Part shown: positions 1-11,600 of the stretch, one piece after another
How the letters are laid out: every line of letters starts with the position of its first letter
Position numbering within the stretch: the first letter of the stretch is position 1
NCBI GenBank assembly: GCA_032718475.1
Contig: JAUCBJ010001177.1
Span: 1 to 33,817, forward strand
Reading direction: 5' to 3'
Source of the DNA: Nemertoderma westbladi
Taxonomy: Eukaryota > Animalia > Xenacoelomorpha
DNA length: 33,817 bases
Notes under the pieces: model-generated
Told to the model about the DNA's origin: nothing
Seen by the model: the letters and a program-made list of their open reading frames with translations, nothing else
Databases searched by the model: none
Program-made: the position numbers and the translations under genes

Positions 1-327
1 TCATCCAATACCAAAATAAATAAATATGCTCCCCAAAAACTAATTATTCAAACCAAAATATATAACAAAACCCCCAAAATTTATACAGATTTTCTCAAAA
101 TAAATGCTTATTCCCCCAATATAATCGAATATTTTCTAACAAAACTATCCTACTGGTAGATCCACATTCCCGATCCTTCTCTCCACCAGCGGCCTTCAAG
201 TTCGAAATCGACAAACTATCTTCACCCAACACGCCATCTTCATTATTATTAGCCGCCATCTCACGCATTATTTTTTACTTCAATCACAGCTACCATCCTA
301 AATTTAATAGAACTAGTGAGAATAACT

Positions 328-2784
328 CTATTCCACAGCGCTGATTGAACCCCGAACACAAAGGGCGTTCCCCCTCACTATGGCTATCCCGATGCGCTGC
401 TTCAGCCACAAGCTCTCGCGTGGGTCTCCTGACTCCGCTATGAGTCTTCGGCCAAGATCTTTTAACACGCTGATGGTGGATGGACCGAATACTCCTGTGG
501 TCTCGAAGGCCAGGGGTTCGAATTGGTACTGCTGACCCAAATTGCGGTATTTCACACGCTTTAGCTCCTCCGCTGCTGCTGATGCTGAGGATGGCTCAAT
601 GGCAGAGCGAATAATGTGGGATGGGGCAAAGGTATCCACACAGGTAGCATCCCATACCAGACGCCGGCCTTTCGAGAAGGGGTAGATGGTCATTCCATCA
701 GGACGTTTCCCATCCCCCCTATCCAACCCAGTAGGTTCCAGGACAGATGGTAGACCAGCTCTGTTCAGTGAACGTTTCAGCACATCGTTGAGAGCTGCAT
801 GACGTGGGAACCTACCCATGCTGTTTCGGCAGGACAGTGCATGGTGCCCAAGAATATCCACTTCCTTGCCACACTTGCAGGTGTGTTTATGGCAGATAGG
901 TGCACCAACTCTCTGTGCTATACCAATTCGAAGAGCTTCCGGATCCAGATTCGACCCTAAATATGGAATAGGGGTCGCATGAAGCCAAAGCCCACTCTCC
1001 ACTTGTGCTGCTGCAGCCAGGCGTGCTGTTTCGACCTGATCCGCTTTGGCAAACAGGTCTCTCTGTGTTATAGTCGCAGAGATAGTGTCCCAGGCTTTCT
1101 GGTTATTCCTGGCTGCCCCACTGGGTTCCTCAACTGAAGAGAACTTCTCCCTCCATGCCTTGACGGCTCCTGCCAAATCACACGATGGCTCCAGTCCAAA
1201 TGTGTTTGAGAGGACGGAGTTAACGAGGATATCGGTGGAATGAAGAGAGGAAATATAACTAGGCAGTGCCAGATCTTCCAACTTACGGATCCCAAGTCCC
1301 CCGATACTGACTGGTAGTGATCCCTGGGTACTGGATTTCGCCTGAAAGTTAACATTGGTGATACTAGAAAGGGCATCTTTGACAACTGTATCAAATTCCT
1401 GCAAGTCACCAGTGTTGTTGAATGTGGGTGATGTGCGCAGAGTGTACTGTAGCCGGGGGACTGCCAGACAATTATTGAGTAAGAAGAAGCCTTGATGTGC
1501 ATCAACATGTACCAGCCGATTAACCATCACCTCGACAGACTTGAGCTGCGATTGGATAGCTGGTTCAATAGCATCCCGTGTAAGGGGAGCTCCTAGAAGA
1601 ACCTGGTCCACCTTGTCTAGGACCCTAATATTAGGGAGGAGCTGACTGAACTTGTGGATTGTCTCAGTAGCGGCTTCTGGTGTATGGTTGAGTAGTATCA
1701 ATTCACACTTTGCATCGTTAACAATTAGGCCAATCTTCGCTAGCTCTGGTATTATTGCCACGACATCCGAAAGAACACTCTTTGTAGTACCACCTACCAT
1801 ACCGTCGTCAAGAAACCAGATATTCAGCTCTGAACCAACAAGTTTGGTGACAGGCTCCTCTCCCACCTCGAAGAGAAGAGGGACACTAGGATCACCCTGT
1901 TGCATACCAGTGGCCGATTCGATGATGTGATCTCCGAAAATAAGGACTGTAGGTGTGGAATAAGCCTGCCACACAAGGGGGTAAATACTTGGCAAACGAT
2001 CACAAGCTGCCTTCAGGAAAACATCACAACGCATACTGTTAAATGCATTCTTCATGTCGATTTTCAGTACCACCTTCTGTTCCTGAGTGCCACTGATATA
2101 TTGCCGGATCGCATGAACAGCTGCCTCGCAACCACCCTTAGTTCCATAACCTAGCTGTGTGGGCCTTAGTTCAGCTCCAAGATCTTCTGAGAGGGGTTTA
2201 ATGCCAGGTTTTGTCACCAAGCGCCTGAATGTATTGCTGACAGCAATTGGACGCAGACCTCCCCCATTTTTGTTAAGGGCGCAGAGACAAGCCCCAAAGA
2301 AGATTGGCACAGCAAATTTAGGGGTTTCCCCACGGTGTGCTGTATTTGCGAGCCTAGTCAATTCACTGAGCAGCTTGTCACCAGCAGCTCCAGTTCCTCT
2401 GCTAACCATGTCACGGAGATGACCTGGGCGAAGGCCATCGGGGCCAGCAGCAGAAGAAATGGGGAATGACTGGTTACTGGGAAGGACATCCTCCTTCGTA
2501 GTGATAACTGGACCTGCTAGTGTGTCATCGGGGGGTCGTGGGAGATCAAGGTCAAGTGGGGCAGGTGGGTGCTTCTCCCTGAGGGCATTGATTGTATCTT
2601 CACTGTGGTCTGCAAAACCCTCCTGTGATGTGATAATCCTTACAGCGCCTCGGACATCGCCATCCATGAACTTGGCTGAAACTCGCTTGCGAATGAGTTC
2701 TGCTTCATCTAGATTTGATGGTTTGTGCTGCTGATGTGTAGTGTGCAGAGGAACACGAGGATTGGGATGGCAGGGTGACGCCAT
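328..2784 (-). CDS. Reverse transcriptase / restriction-like endonuclease of the CRE-like element (818 aa, C-terminal part of the original ORF)
   Basis: RT motifs: AAGPDGLRP, GGLRPIAV, KIDMKNAFN, GMQQGDP, WFLDDG. Cys/His motif: CKCG..HALSC..RH. RLE motifs: KRPDG, WDAT, AEELKRVKY, PLAFETTG. Confidence 0.9.
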   Translation of the reverse strand: MASPCHPNPRVPLHTTHQQHKPSNLDEAELIRKRVSAKFMDGDVRGAVRIITSQEGFADHSEDTINALREKHPPAPLDLDLPRPPDDTLAGPVITTKEDVLPSNQSFPISSAAGPDGLRPGHLRDMVSRGTGAAGDKLLSELTRLANTAHRGETPKFAVPIFFGACLCALNKNGGGLRPIAVSNTFRRLVTKPGIKPLSEDLGAELRPTQLGYGTKGGCEAAVHAIRQYISGTQEQKVVLKIDMKNAFNSMRCDVFLKAACDRLPSIYPLVWQAYSTPTVLIFGDHIIESATGMQQGDPSVPLLFEVGEEPVTKLVGSELNIWFLDDGMVGGTTKSVLSDVVAIIPELAKIGLIVNDAKCELILLNHTPEAATETIHKFSQLLPNIRVLDKVDQVLLGAPLTRDAIEPAIQSQLKSVEVMVNRLVHVDAHQGFFLLNNCLAVPRLQYTLRTSPTFNNTGDLQEFDTVVKDALSSITNVNFQAKSSTQGSLPVSIGGLGIRKLEDLALPSYISSLHSTDILVNSVLSNTFGLEPSCDLAGAVKAWREKFSSVEEPSGAARNNQKAWDTISATITQRDLFAKADQVETARLAAAAQVESGLWLHATPIPYLGSNLDPEALRIGIAQRVGAPICHKHTCKCGKEVDILGHHALSCRNSMGRFPRHAALNDVLKRSLNRAGLPSVLEPTGLDRGDGKRPDGMTIYPFSKGRRLVWDATCVDTFAPSHIIRSAIEPSSASAAAEELKRVKYRNLGQQYQFEPLAFETTGVFGPSTISVLKDLGRRLIAESGDPRESLWLKQRIGIAIVRGNALCVRGSISAVE

Positions 2785-3035
2785 TTAGTCTCTTATTTGC
2801 TGCTTGACTTTAGATGTTAGTGAGGGTTGCAAATGGTCGTTTGTAGCTGGAATCGGCTTTGCTAACGCCCCAAACGAGAATGCTAGGAGCCGGGCCCAGG
2901 TTATTGGCACAAGGTTGTCAATTGCTTCTTTGAGCAAAGGGGCCAGTGCGTCTGCATCCATGATTCTAGCCCCTTTAGGAATCTTTGCCAACACCGAAAT
3001 GGATTGCTTCAGCATGGCAATATAAGATGCAAGAT
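2785..3035 (-). pseudogene. Upstream in-frame continuation of the CRE ORF, separated by one TAA
   Basis: ORF 2785..3060 ends in TAA directly abutting the ATG at 2784 in the same frame (…KQQIRD*MAS…). Its VLAKIPKGAR...W..LL.F motif is typical of the pre-RT region of CRE-like elements. Confidence 0.75.
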
Positions 3036-3419
3036 ACATTTGATACATTTTTTGATACATTTTTCAGATGCATTTTTATTTCTAACAAAATAAACAGACT
3101 ACTCTCAGTTACAAACTCTCAGTTGCAGAGACTATTGGTTCGGGGATCGTCGGTATAATATGATTAAACATTTTGTTTCATTTAAGGAAATAAATAATCA
3201 ATGAATTTCTATAAATAAATTTTCCATAAAATATTTGTGCTGGAAGAATTGTTTTTGGTTGACAAGTACTGTAATAATTATTTTCGAGAAATAGAGTAAT
3301 TGTGGTTTGAATAATTGTTTTGTAACGCAAGATTACTTGTTTGTAACTGTAATGTAAGATTGCTTGTTTTGTAACTGTAATGTAAGATTGTAACGTCCAC
3401 TTACTACTTAGGTCTGATA

Positions 3420-3979
3420 ATTGGAGCCAAACTAGAATTTAGCAGAATTTCAAAATCAGTTGGACAATTTTTTCGCTTGCGACATATTTTTCCACTACAA
3501 ATCCTGAAAGTATTATTTTTTCCTTAATATCCAATAATCACTTTTGGTTTGGGGATCAATATTGAATTCCTACATCAAACCAATAAGAATATGTGTCAAT
3601 AAGGTACTTCGTGATGTTACTTTTTCACATTATCAGTCACACTCAAATCCCATTTATAAACAGCTATGTATTTTTGACCTCTTATACAAATATCAGGTAG
3701 ACAATTTTATGTTTCATGTAAGTAATGGTATACATCCTACAATTCTTTGCGAACTACTGTATTTACCAAATCTGCATCAGTGCACAAGTCCGAACACAAG
3801 CGCGAACTAGGTCCGCTATTAATAATGCCGACTTAATTCCCCGAGTTTCCCCGTGTGTGGCGCATAGGTCCGTTCGATTCCAGGGTCCAACTATCTGGAA
3901 CAATCTACATCTTGAGCTTCGTCAAATAAAGTCTACACAATTATTTTCTAGAAATATTAATCACCTAATCTCTTCTTAG
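3420..3979 (+). mobile_element. Degenerate 3' fragment of a CR1-group LINE ORF2 (L2/Crack/Daphne-like)
   Basis: Frameshifted pieces read ISKSVGQFFRLRHIFPLQILK, VWGS, HYQSHSNPIYKQL..LYKYQVDNFMF and TRS..SVRFQGPTIWNNLHLELRQIKS..F, matching the post-RT C-terminus of these LINEs. Confidence 0.75.
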
Positions 3980-4155
3980 AATTGAATTATATTTTTTCAG
4001 ACGGTATACTTTCCCAATAGTGTATTTTCTTTCCTGTTTAGCAATATTATTAGTCAGTGAATTTAGTTTATTTTAAATCTAATAAGTGTATGTCACATCA
4101 TTAGTGTTGGTGGTGAGCACAACAACTATTTTTACTTTTTTTTTATTTTTTAGTA

Positions 4156-5051
4156 TTAACCCTATTACCACTGGGGGGGGGGGCGAATCGGCCCCTTCCT
4201 AGATTTTAGTTGCTGTAACTATGCAACCACATTACGTACCGGCCCAATTTTTATTTAGAATTAGCCAAATTTAATGCCGCATCTTTTGCAAAAAACGACG
4301 TTGCAATTGGATTTCTACTTTTCTATGTGGGTGCCACCTCAAAATTTGGTCTCCAGCACCAAATTTTTTGAAATTTTCGAATTTTACAAAGTCATTCGTG
4401 ATTTAGTAATTATTTATGTTTGGGCTATTTTTATTTATTTTTTATTGGTTTGGATCACTCAAAAGCTCTATACAAGTATGTAAGTGTAGTGGTACGTCAT
4501 TTTTGGAGCACCAAAATTAGGCGTGGCACTTTAAAATTTCAAAATTACTTTATTCGAAAAATTTACTAAAGTTTTGATTTCGAAGCATTTTTATTGGTTT
4601 TCTGGAGCGCTGAATCGATTGAAAGTAATATAGAAGCTTGAAGACTTAGTGGTTCGCCATTTTTGGTCCACCAAAATTAGGGCGTGGCACTTCAAATTTT
4701 GAAAAATACGAGATTTGGAAAATACACTAAAGATTTGATTTGCAAAGCATTTTTATAGGTTTTCTGGAGCGCTGAATCGATTGAAAGTAATATAGAAGCC
4801 TCAAATCCTTGGTGTACGTAATTTTCGGTGCACTTCAAATTTTCAAGCGTGGCACTTCAAATTTTCAAAATTATGTATTCGGAAAAAACACCAAAGTTTT
4901 GATTTCAAAAAATGGCTAACCTCTAAGTCTTCAGGCTTCTATATTACTTTCAATCGATTCAGCGGTCTAGAAAACCTATATAAATGCGTTAAAATTTCAA
5001 TTTTGGTTTATTTTCCGAATCTCGTATTTTTCAAAAGTGCCACGCCCTAAT
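4156..5051. mobile_element. Non-autonomous DNA-transposon-like element with a TTAA|CCCTATT terminus (piggyBac-type end) and ~162-bp internal repeats
   Basis: TTAACCCTATT at 4156 is followed by a G-run and GGGCGAATCGGCCC. GCTGAATCGATTGAAAGTAATATAGAAGC occurs at 4609 and 4771, with an inverted copy at ~4908-5051. The right terminus was not found. Confidence 0.55.
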
Positions 5052-5417
5052 CCTATGGTGATTTATATACAGTAGCAACTTCCAATCAGAAGCTTAGTTT
5101 CAACAGGGAATCAAGAATATAAAAAACAATTCTTATTGGTCGTATTACTGTGGAGCAAATCAATGTATACATGTATACCAGAAATGAACACGTCGGGGCG
5201 TGTGGATTTGGGGAATCTTACCTAGATATTTGATCAGTTTTGTGAATCTTATCTAAATACTGAATCAGTTCTATGGTTTTGGAGTAGAACAGCGCATTGC
5301 TAATAAAATGTGAATTTGAGTCGCAAAAGCTTTAACAATGTGTTCTCCCTTTAGAATGGGTTTTAGTTGGAATGACGTGGGACGCACTGATTGGTTGTTC
5401 GTAAATCCCTCTTACAG

Positions 5418-5636
5418 GTATCAAAGTCAACGACTTATCTGCCATGGGGACCGGAACCAATCCATTCAACTACGTAAACGAATGTAAATGTTGCGTCGGA
5501 ACCGTACAAAATGTCGCAACCACGTTCGTTTGCGACGATCTAACGGAATTAGTAATAGACGTTCCGTCGATAGTAGAGGGAACTTGTGGATGTTTGACGT
5601 GTTCTGGAGGTACTGGAACGAATCAACCACCTGAAG
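5418..5636 (+). CDS. Internal coding exon (phase 1-1, 219 nt) encoding the C-terminal half of a cystine-knot (CTCK/DAN-like) domain
   Basis: Acceptor ccctcttacAG (5417) and consensus donor GAAG|GTGAGT (5637). Translation IKVNDLSAMGTGTNPFNYVNECKCCVGTVQNVATTFVCDDLTELVIDVPSIVEGTCGCLTCSGG has the CxCC...C...CxCxxC spacing of CTCK domains. An in-frame stop at 5402 requires the acceptor. Confidence 0.75.
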
Positions 5637-5654
5637 GTGAGTCACTCTCCTAGG

Positions 5655-8600
5655 GTTTGTTCTATGTTCCACTCCTTTAGTAGCTATACGAACTCTCTGT
5701 TGGTTCTATGTTCCGTTCCTTTAGTAGCTATACGAACTCTCCGTTGGTTCTATGTTCCACTCCTTTAGTAGCTATACGAACTCTCTGTTGGTTCTATGTT
5801 CCACTCCTTTAGTAGCTATACGAACTCTCTGTTGGTTCTATGTTCCGTTCCTTTAGTAGCTATACGAACTCTCCGTTGGTTCTATGTTCCACTCCTTTAG
5901 TAGCTATACGAACTCTCCGTTGGTTCTATGTTCCACTCCTTTAGTAGCTATACGAACTCTCCGTTGGTTCTATGTTCCACTCCTTTAGTAGCTATACGAA
6001 CTCTCCGTTGGTTCTATGTTCCACTCCTTTAGTAGCTCTACGAACTCTCCGTTGGTTCTATGTTCCATTCCTTTAGTAGCTATACGAACTCTCCGTTGGT
6101 TCTATGTTCCAATCCTTTAGTAGCTATACGAACTCTCCGTTGGTTCTATGTTCCACTCCTTTAGTAGCTATACGAACTCTCCGTTGGTTCTATGTTCCGT
6201 TCCTTTAGTAGCTATACGAACTCTCCGTTGGTTCTATGTTCCGTTCCTTTAGTAGCTATACGAACTCTCCGTTGGTTCTATGTTCCATTCCTTTAGTAGC
6301 TATACGAACTCTCCGTTGGTTCTATGTTCCAATCCTTTAGTAGCTATACGAACTCTCCGTTGGTTCTATGTTCCACTCCTTTAGTAGCTATACGAACTCT
6401 CCGTTGGTTCTATGTTCCATTCCATTAGTAGCTATACGAACTCTCCGTTGGTTCTATGTTCCGTTCCTTTAGTAGCTATACGAACTCTCCGTTGGTTCTA
6501 TGTTCCACTCCTTTAGTAGCTATACGAACTCTCCGTTGGTTCTATGTTCCACTCCTTTAGTAGCTATACGAACTCTCCGTTGGTTCTATGTTCCACTCCT
6601 TTAGTAGCTATACGAACTCTCCGTTGGTTCTATGTTCCACTCCTTTAGTAGCTATACGAACTCTCTGTTGGTTCTATGTTCCACTCCTTTAGTAGCTATA
6701 CGAACTCTCCGTTGGTTCTATATTCCGTTCCTTTAGTAGCTATACGAACTCTTCATTGGTTCTATGTTCCACTCCTCTAGTAGCTATACGAACTCTCCGT
6801 TGGTTCTATGTTCCACTCCTTTAGTAGCTATACGAACTCTCTGTTGGTTCTATGTTCCACTCCTTTAGTAGCTATACGAACTCTCTGTTGGTTCTATGTT
6901 CCACTCCTTTAGTAGCTATACGAACTCTCCGTTGGTTCTATATTCCGTTCCTTTAGTAGCTATACGAACTCTCCGTTGGTTCTATGTTCCGTTCCTTTAG
7001 TAGCTATACGAACTCTCCGTTGGTTCTATGTTCCACTCCTTTAGTAGCTATACGAACTCTCCGTTGGTTCTATGTTCCACTCCTTTAGTAGCTATACGAA
7101 CTCTCCGTTGGTTCTATGTTCCACTCCTTTAGTAGCTATACGAACTCTCCGTTGGTTCTATGTTCCACTCCTTTAGTAGCTATACGAACTCTCCGTTGGT
7201 TCTATGTTCCACTCCTTTAGTAGCTATACGAACTCTCCGTTGGTTCTATGTTCCACTCCTTTAGTAGCTATACGAACTCTCCGTTGGTTCTATGTTCCAC
7301 TCCTTTAGTAGCTATACGAACTCTCCGTTGGTTCTATATTCCGTTCCTTTAGTAGCTATACGAACTCTCCGTTGGTTCTATGTTCCACTCCTTTAGTAGC
7401 TATACGAACTCTCCGTTGGTTCTATGTTCCACTCCTTTAGTAGCTATACGAACTCTCCGTTGGTTCTATGTTCCACTCCTTTAGTAGCTATACGAACTCT
7501 CCGTTGGTTCTATGTTCCACTCCTTTAGTAGCTATACGAACTCTCTGTTGGTTCTATGTTCCACTCCTTTAGTAGCTATACGAACTCTCTGTTGGTTCTA
7601 TGTTCCACTCCTTTAGTAGCTATACGAACTCTCTGTTGGTTCTATGTTCCACTCCTTTAGTAGCTATACGAACTCTCTGTTGGTTCTATGTTCCACTCCT
7701 TTAGTAGCTATACGAACTCTCCGTTGGTTCTATGTTCCATTCCTTTAGTAGCTATACGAACTCTCTGTTGGTTCTATGTTCCACTCCTTTAGTAGCTATA
7801 CGAACTCTCCGTTGGTTCTATGTTCCACTCCTTTAGTAGCTATACGAACTCTCCGTTGGTTCTATGTTCCACTCCTTTAGTAGCTATACGAACTCTCCGT
7901 TGGTTCTATGTTCCACTCCTTTAGTAGCTATACGAACTCTCCGTTGGTTCTATGTTCCACTCCTTTAGTAGCTATACGAACTCTCCGTTGGTTCTATGTT
8001 CCACTCCTTTAGTAGCTATACGAACTCTCCGTTGGTTCTATGTTCCGTTCCTTTAGTAGCTATACGAACTCTCCGTTGGTTCTATGTTCCACTCCTTTAG
8101 TAGCTATACGAACTCTCCGTTGGTTCTATATTCCGTTCCTTTAGTAGCTATACGAACTCTCCGTTGGTTCTATGTTCCACTCCTTTAGTAGCTATACGAA
8201 CTCTCCGTTGGTTCTATGTTCCACTCCTTTAGTAGCTATACGAACTCTCCGTTGGTTCTATGTTCCACTCCTTTAGTAGCTATACGAACTCTCTGTTGGT
8301 TCTATGTTCCACTCCTTTAGTAGCTATACGAACTCTCTGTTGGTTCTATGTTCCACTCCTTTAGTAGCTATACGAACTCTCTGTTGGTTCTATGTTCCAC
8401 TCCTTTAGTAGCTATACGAACTCTCCGTTGGTTCTATGTTCCACTCCTTTAGTAGCTATACGAACTCTCTGTTGGTTCTATGTTCCACTCCTTTAGTAGC
8501 TATACGAACTCTCTGTTGGTTCTATGTTCCACTCCTTTAGTAGCTATACGAACTCTCTGTTGGTTCTATGTTCCACTCCTTTAGTAGCTATACGAACTCT

Positions 8601-11600
8601 CCGTTGGTTCTATGTTCCACTCCTTTAGTAGCTATACGAACTCTCTGTTGGTTCTATGTTCCACTCCTTTAGTAGCTATACGAACTCTCTGTTGGTTCTA
8701 TGTTCCATTCCTTTAGTAGCTATACGAACTCTCCGTTGGTTCTATGTTCCGTTCCTTTAGTAGCTATACGAACTCTCCGTTGGTTCTATGTTCCACTCCT
8801 TTAGTAGCTATACGAACTCTCCGTTGGTTCTATGTTCCGTTCCTTTAGTAGCTATACGAACTCTCTGTTGGTTCTATGTTCCACTCCTTTAGTAGCTATA
8901 CGAACTCTCTGTTGGTTCTATGTTCCATTCCTTTAGTAGCTATACGAACTCTCCGTTGGTTCTATGTTCCGTTCCTTTAGTAGCTATACGAACTCTCTGT
9001 TGGTTCTATGTTCCACTCCTTTAGTAGCTATACGAACTCTCTGTTGGTTCTATGTTCCACTCCTTTAGTAGCTATACGAACTCTCTGTTGGTTCTATGTT
9101 CCATTCCTTTAGTAGCTATACGAACTCTCCGTTGGTTCTATGTTCCGTTCCTTTAGTAGCTATACGAACTCTCCGTTGGTTCTATGTTCCACTCCTTTAG
9201 TAGCTATACGAACTCTCCGTTGGTTCTATGTTCCGTTCCTTTAGTAGCTATACGAACTCTCCGTTGGTTCTATGTTCCACTCCTTTAGTAGCTATACGAA
9301 CTCTCCGTTGGTTCTATATTCCGTTCCTTTAGTAGCTATACGAACTCTCCGTTGGTTCTATGTTCCACTCCTTTAGTAGCTATACGAACTCTCCGTTGGT
9401 TCTATGTTCCGTTCCTTTAGTAGCTATACGAACTCTCCGTTGGTTCTATGTTCCACTCCTTTAGTAGCTATACGAACTCTCCGTTGGTTCTATGTTCCAC
9501 TCCTTTAGTAGCTATACGAACTCTCCGTTGGTTCTATGTTCCGTTCCTTTAGTAGCTATACGAACTCTCCGTTGGTTCTATGTTCCACTCCTTTAGTAGC
9601 TATACGAACTCTCCGTTGGTTCTATGTTCCACTCCTTTAGTAGCTATACGAACTCTCCGTTGGTTCTATGTTCCACTCCTTTAGTAGCTATACGAACTCT
9701 CTGTTGGTTCTATGTTCCACTCCTTTAGTAGCTATACGAACTCTCCGTTGGTTCTATGTTCCACTCCTTTAGTAGCTATACGAACTCTCCGTTGGTTCTA
9801 TGTTCCACTCCTTTAGTAGCTATACGAACTCTCCGTTGGTTCTATGTTCCACTCCTTTAGTAGCTATACGAACTCTCCGTTGGTTCTATGTTCCACTCCT
9901 TTAGTAGCTATACGAACTCTCCGTTGGTTCTATGTTCCACTCCTTTAGTAGCTATACGAACTCTCCGTTGGTTCTATGTTCCGTTCCTTTAGTAGCTATA
10001 CGAACTCTCCGTTGGTTCTATGTTCCACTCCTTTAGTAGCTATACGAACTCTCCGTTGGTTCTATGTTCCACTCCTTTAGTAGCTATACGAACTCTCCGT
10101 TGGTTCTATGTTCCGTTCCTTTAGTAGCTATACGAACTCTCCGTTGGTTCTATGTTCCGTTCCTTTAGTAGCTATACGAACTCTCCGTTGGTTCTATGTT
10201 CCACTCCTTTAGTAGCTATACGAACTCTCCGTTGGTTCTATGTTCCACTCCTTTAGTAGCTATACGAACTCTCCGTTGGTTCTATGTTCCACTCCTTTAG
10301 TAGCTATACGAACTCTCCGTTGGTTCTATGTTCCACTCCTTTAGTAGCTATACGAACTCTCCGTTGGTTCTATGTTCCACTCCTTTAGTAGCTATACGAA
10401 CTCTCCGTTGGTTCTATGTTCCACTCCTTTAGTAGCTATACGAACTCTCCGTTGGTTCTATGTTCCGTTCTTTTAGTAGCTATACGAACTCTCCGTTGGT
10501 TCTATGTTCCACTCCTTTAGTAGCTATACGAACTCTCCGTTGGTTCTATGTTCCGTTCCTTTAGTAGCTATACGAACTCTCCGTTGGTTCTATGTTCCAC
10601 TCCTTTAGTAGCTATACGAACTCTCCGTTGGTTCTATGTTCCACTCCTTTAGTAGCTATACGAACTCTCCGTTGGTTCTATGTTCCACTCCTTTAGTAGC
10701 TATACGAACTCTCCGTTGGTTCTATGTTCCACTCCTTTAGTAGCTATACGAACTCTCCGTTGGTTCTATGTTCCACTCCTTTAGTAGCTATACGAACTCT
10801 CCGTTGGTTCTATGTTCCACTCCTTTAGTAGCTATACGAACTCTCCGTTGGTTCTATGTTCCACTCCTTTAGTAGCTATACGAACTCTCCGTTGGTTCTA
10901 TGTTCCACTCCTTTAGTAGCTATACGAACTCTCCGTTGGTTCTATGTTCCGTTCCTTTAGTAGCTATACGAACTTTCCGTTGGTTCTATGTTCCACTCCT
11001 TTAGTAGCTATACGAACTCTCCGTTGGTTCTATGTTCCACTCCTTTAGTAGCTATACGAACTCTCCGTTGGTTCTATATTCCGTTCCTTTAGTAGCTATA
11101 CGAACTCTTCATTGGTTCTATGTTCCACTCCTTTAGTAGCTATACGAACTCTCCGTTGGTTCTATGTTCCGTTCCTTTAGTAGCTATACGAACTCTCTGT
11201 TGGTTCTATGTTCCACTCCTTTAGTAGCTATACGAACTCTCCGTTGGTTCTATGTTCCACTCCTTTAGTAGCTATACGAACTCTCCGTTGGTTCTATATT
11301 CCGTTCCTTTAGTAGCTATACGAACCCTTCATTGGTTCTATGTTCCACTCCTTTAGTAGCTATACGAACTCTCCGTTGGTTCTATGTTCCGTTCCTTTAG
11401 TAGCTATACGAACTCTCTGTTGGTTCTATGTTCCACTCCTTTAGTAGCTATACGAACTCTCCGTTGGTTCTATATTCCGTTCCTTTAGTAGCTATACGAA
11501 CCCTTCATTGGTTCTATGTTCCACTCCTTTAGTAGCTATACGAACTCTTCATTGGTTCTATGTTCCACTCCTTTAGTAGCTATACGAACTCTCCGTTGGT

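Larger units (their letters stand above)
328..3035 (-). mobile_element. CRE-clade (RLE-type) non-LTR retrotransposon, 5'-truncated copy with one nonsense codon
   Basis: RT motifs are followed by a zinc-finger-like motif and a PD-(D/E)xK restriction-like endonuclease in one frame. The N-terminal 'LAKIPKGAR...WARLLAF' segment lies in the same frame across a TAA at 2785-2787. Recognisable coding similarity fades near 3035 into (GATACATTT)-like repeats. No TSD identified; ends approximate. Confidence 0.88.

Noticed and set aside
328-2784. Bacterial RT (retron, DGR, group II intron)
   Set aside because: The C-terminal Cys/His motif plus RLE endonuclease and the IPKGAR region identify a eukaryotic CRE-like non-LTR element.
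1046-3025. Short ORFs overlapping the CRE element
   Set aside because: Antisense or alternate-frame shadows of the RT ORF with no recognisable motifs.
3128-3151. 24-nt phase 1-1 micro-exon (TIGSGIV) upstream of the cystine-knot exon
   Set aside because: AG/GT boundaries fit, but the donor (GTATAA) is weak and the peptide lacks the expected Cys motif; indistinguishable from chance.
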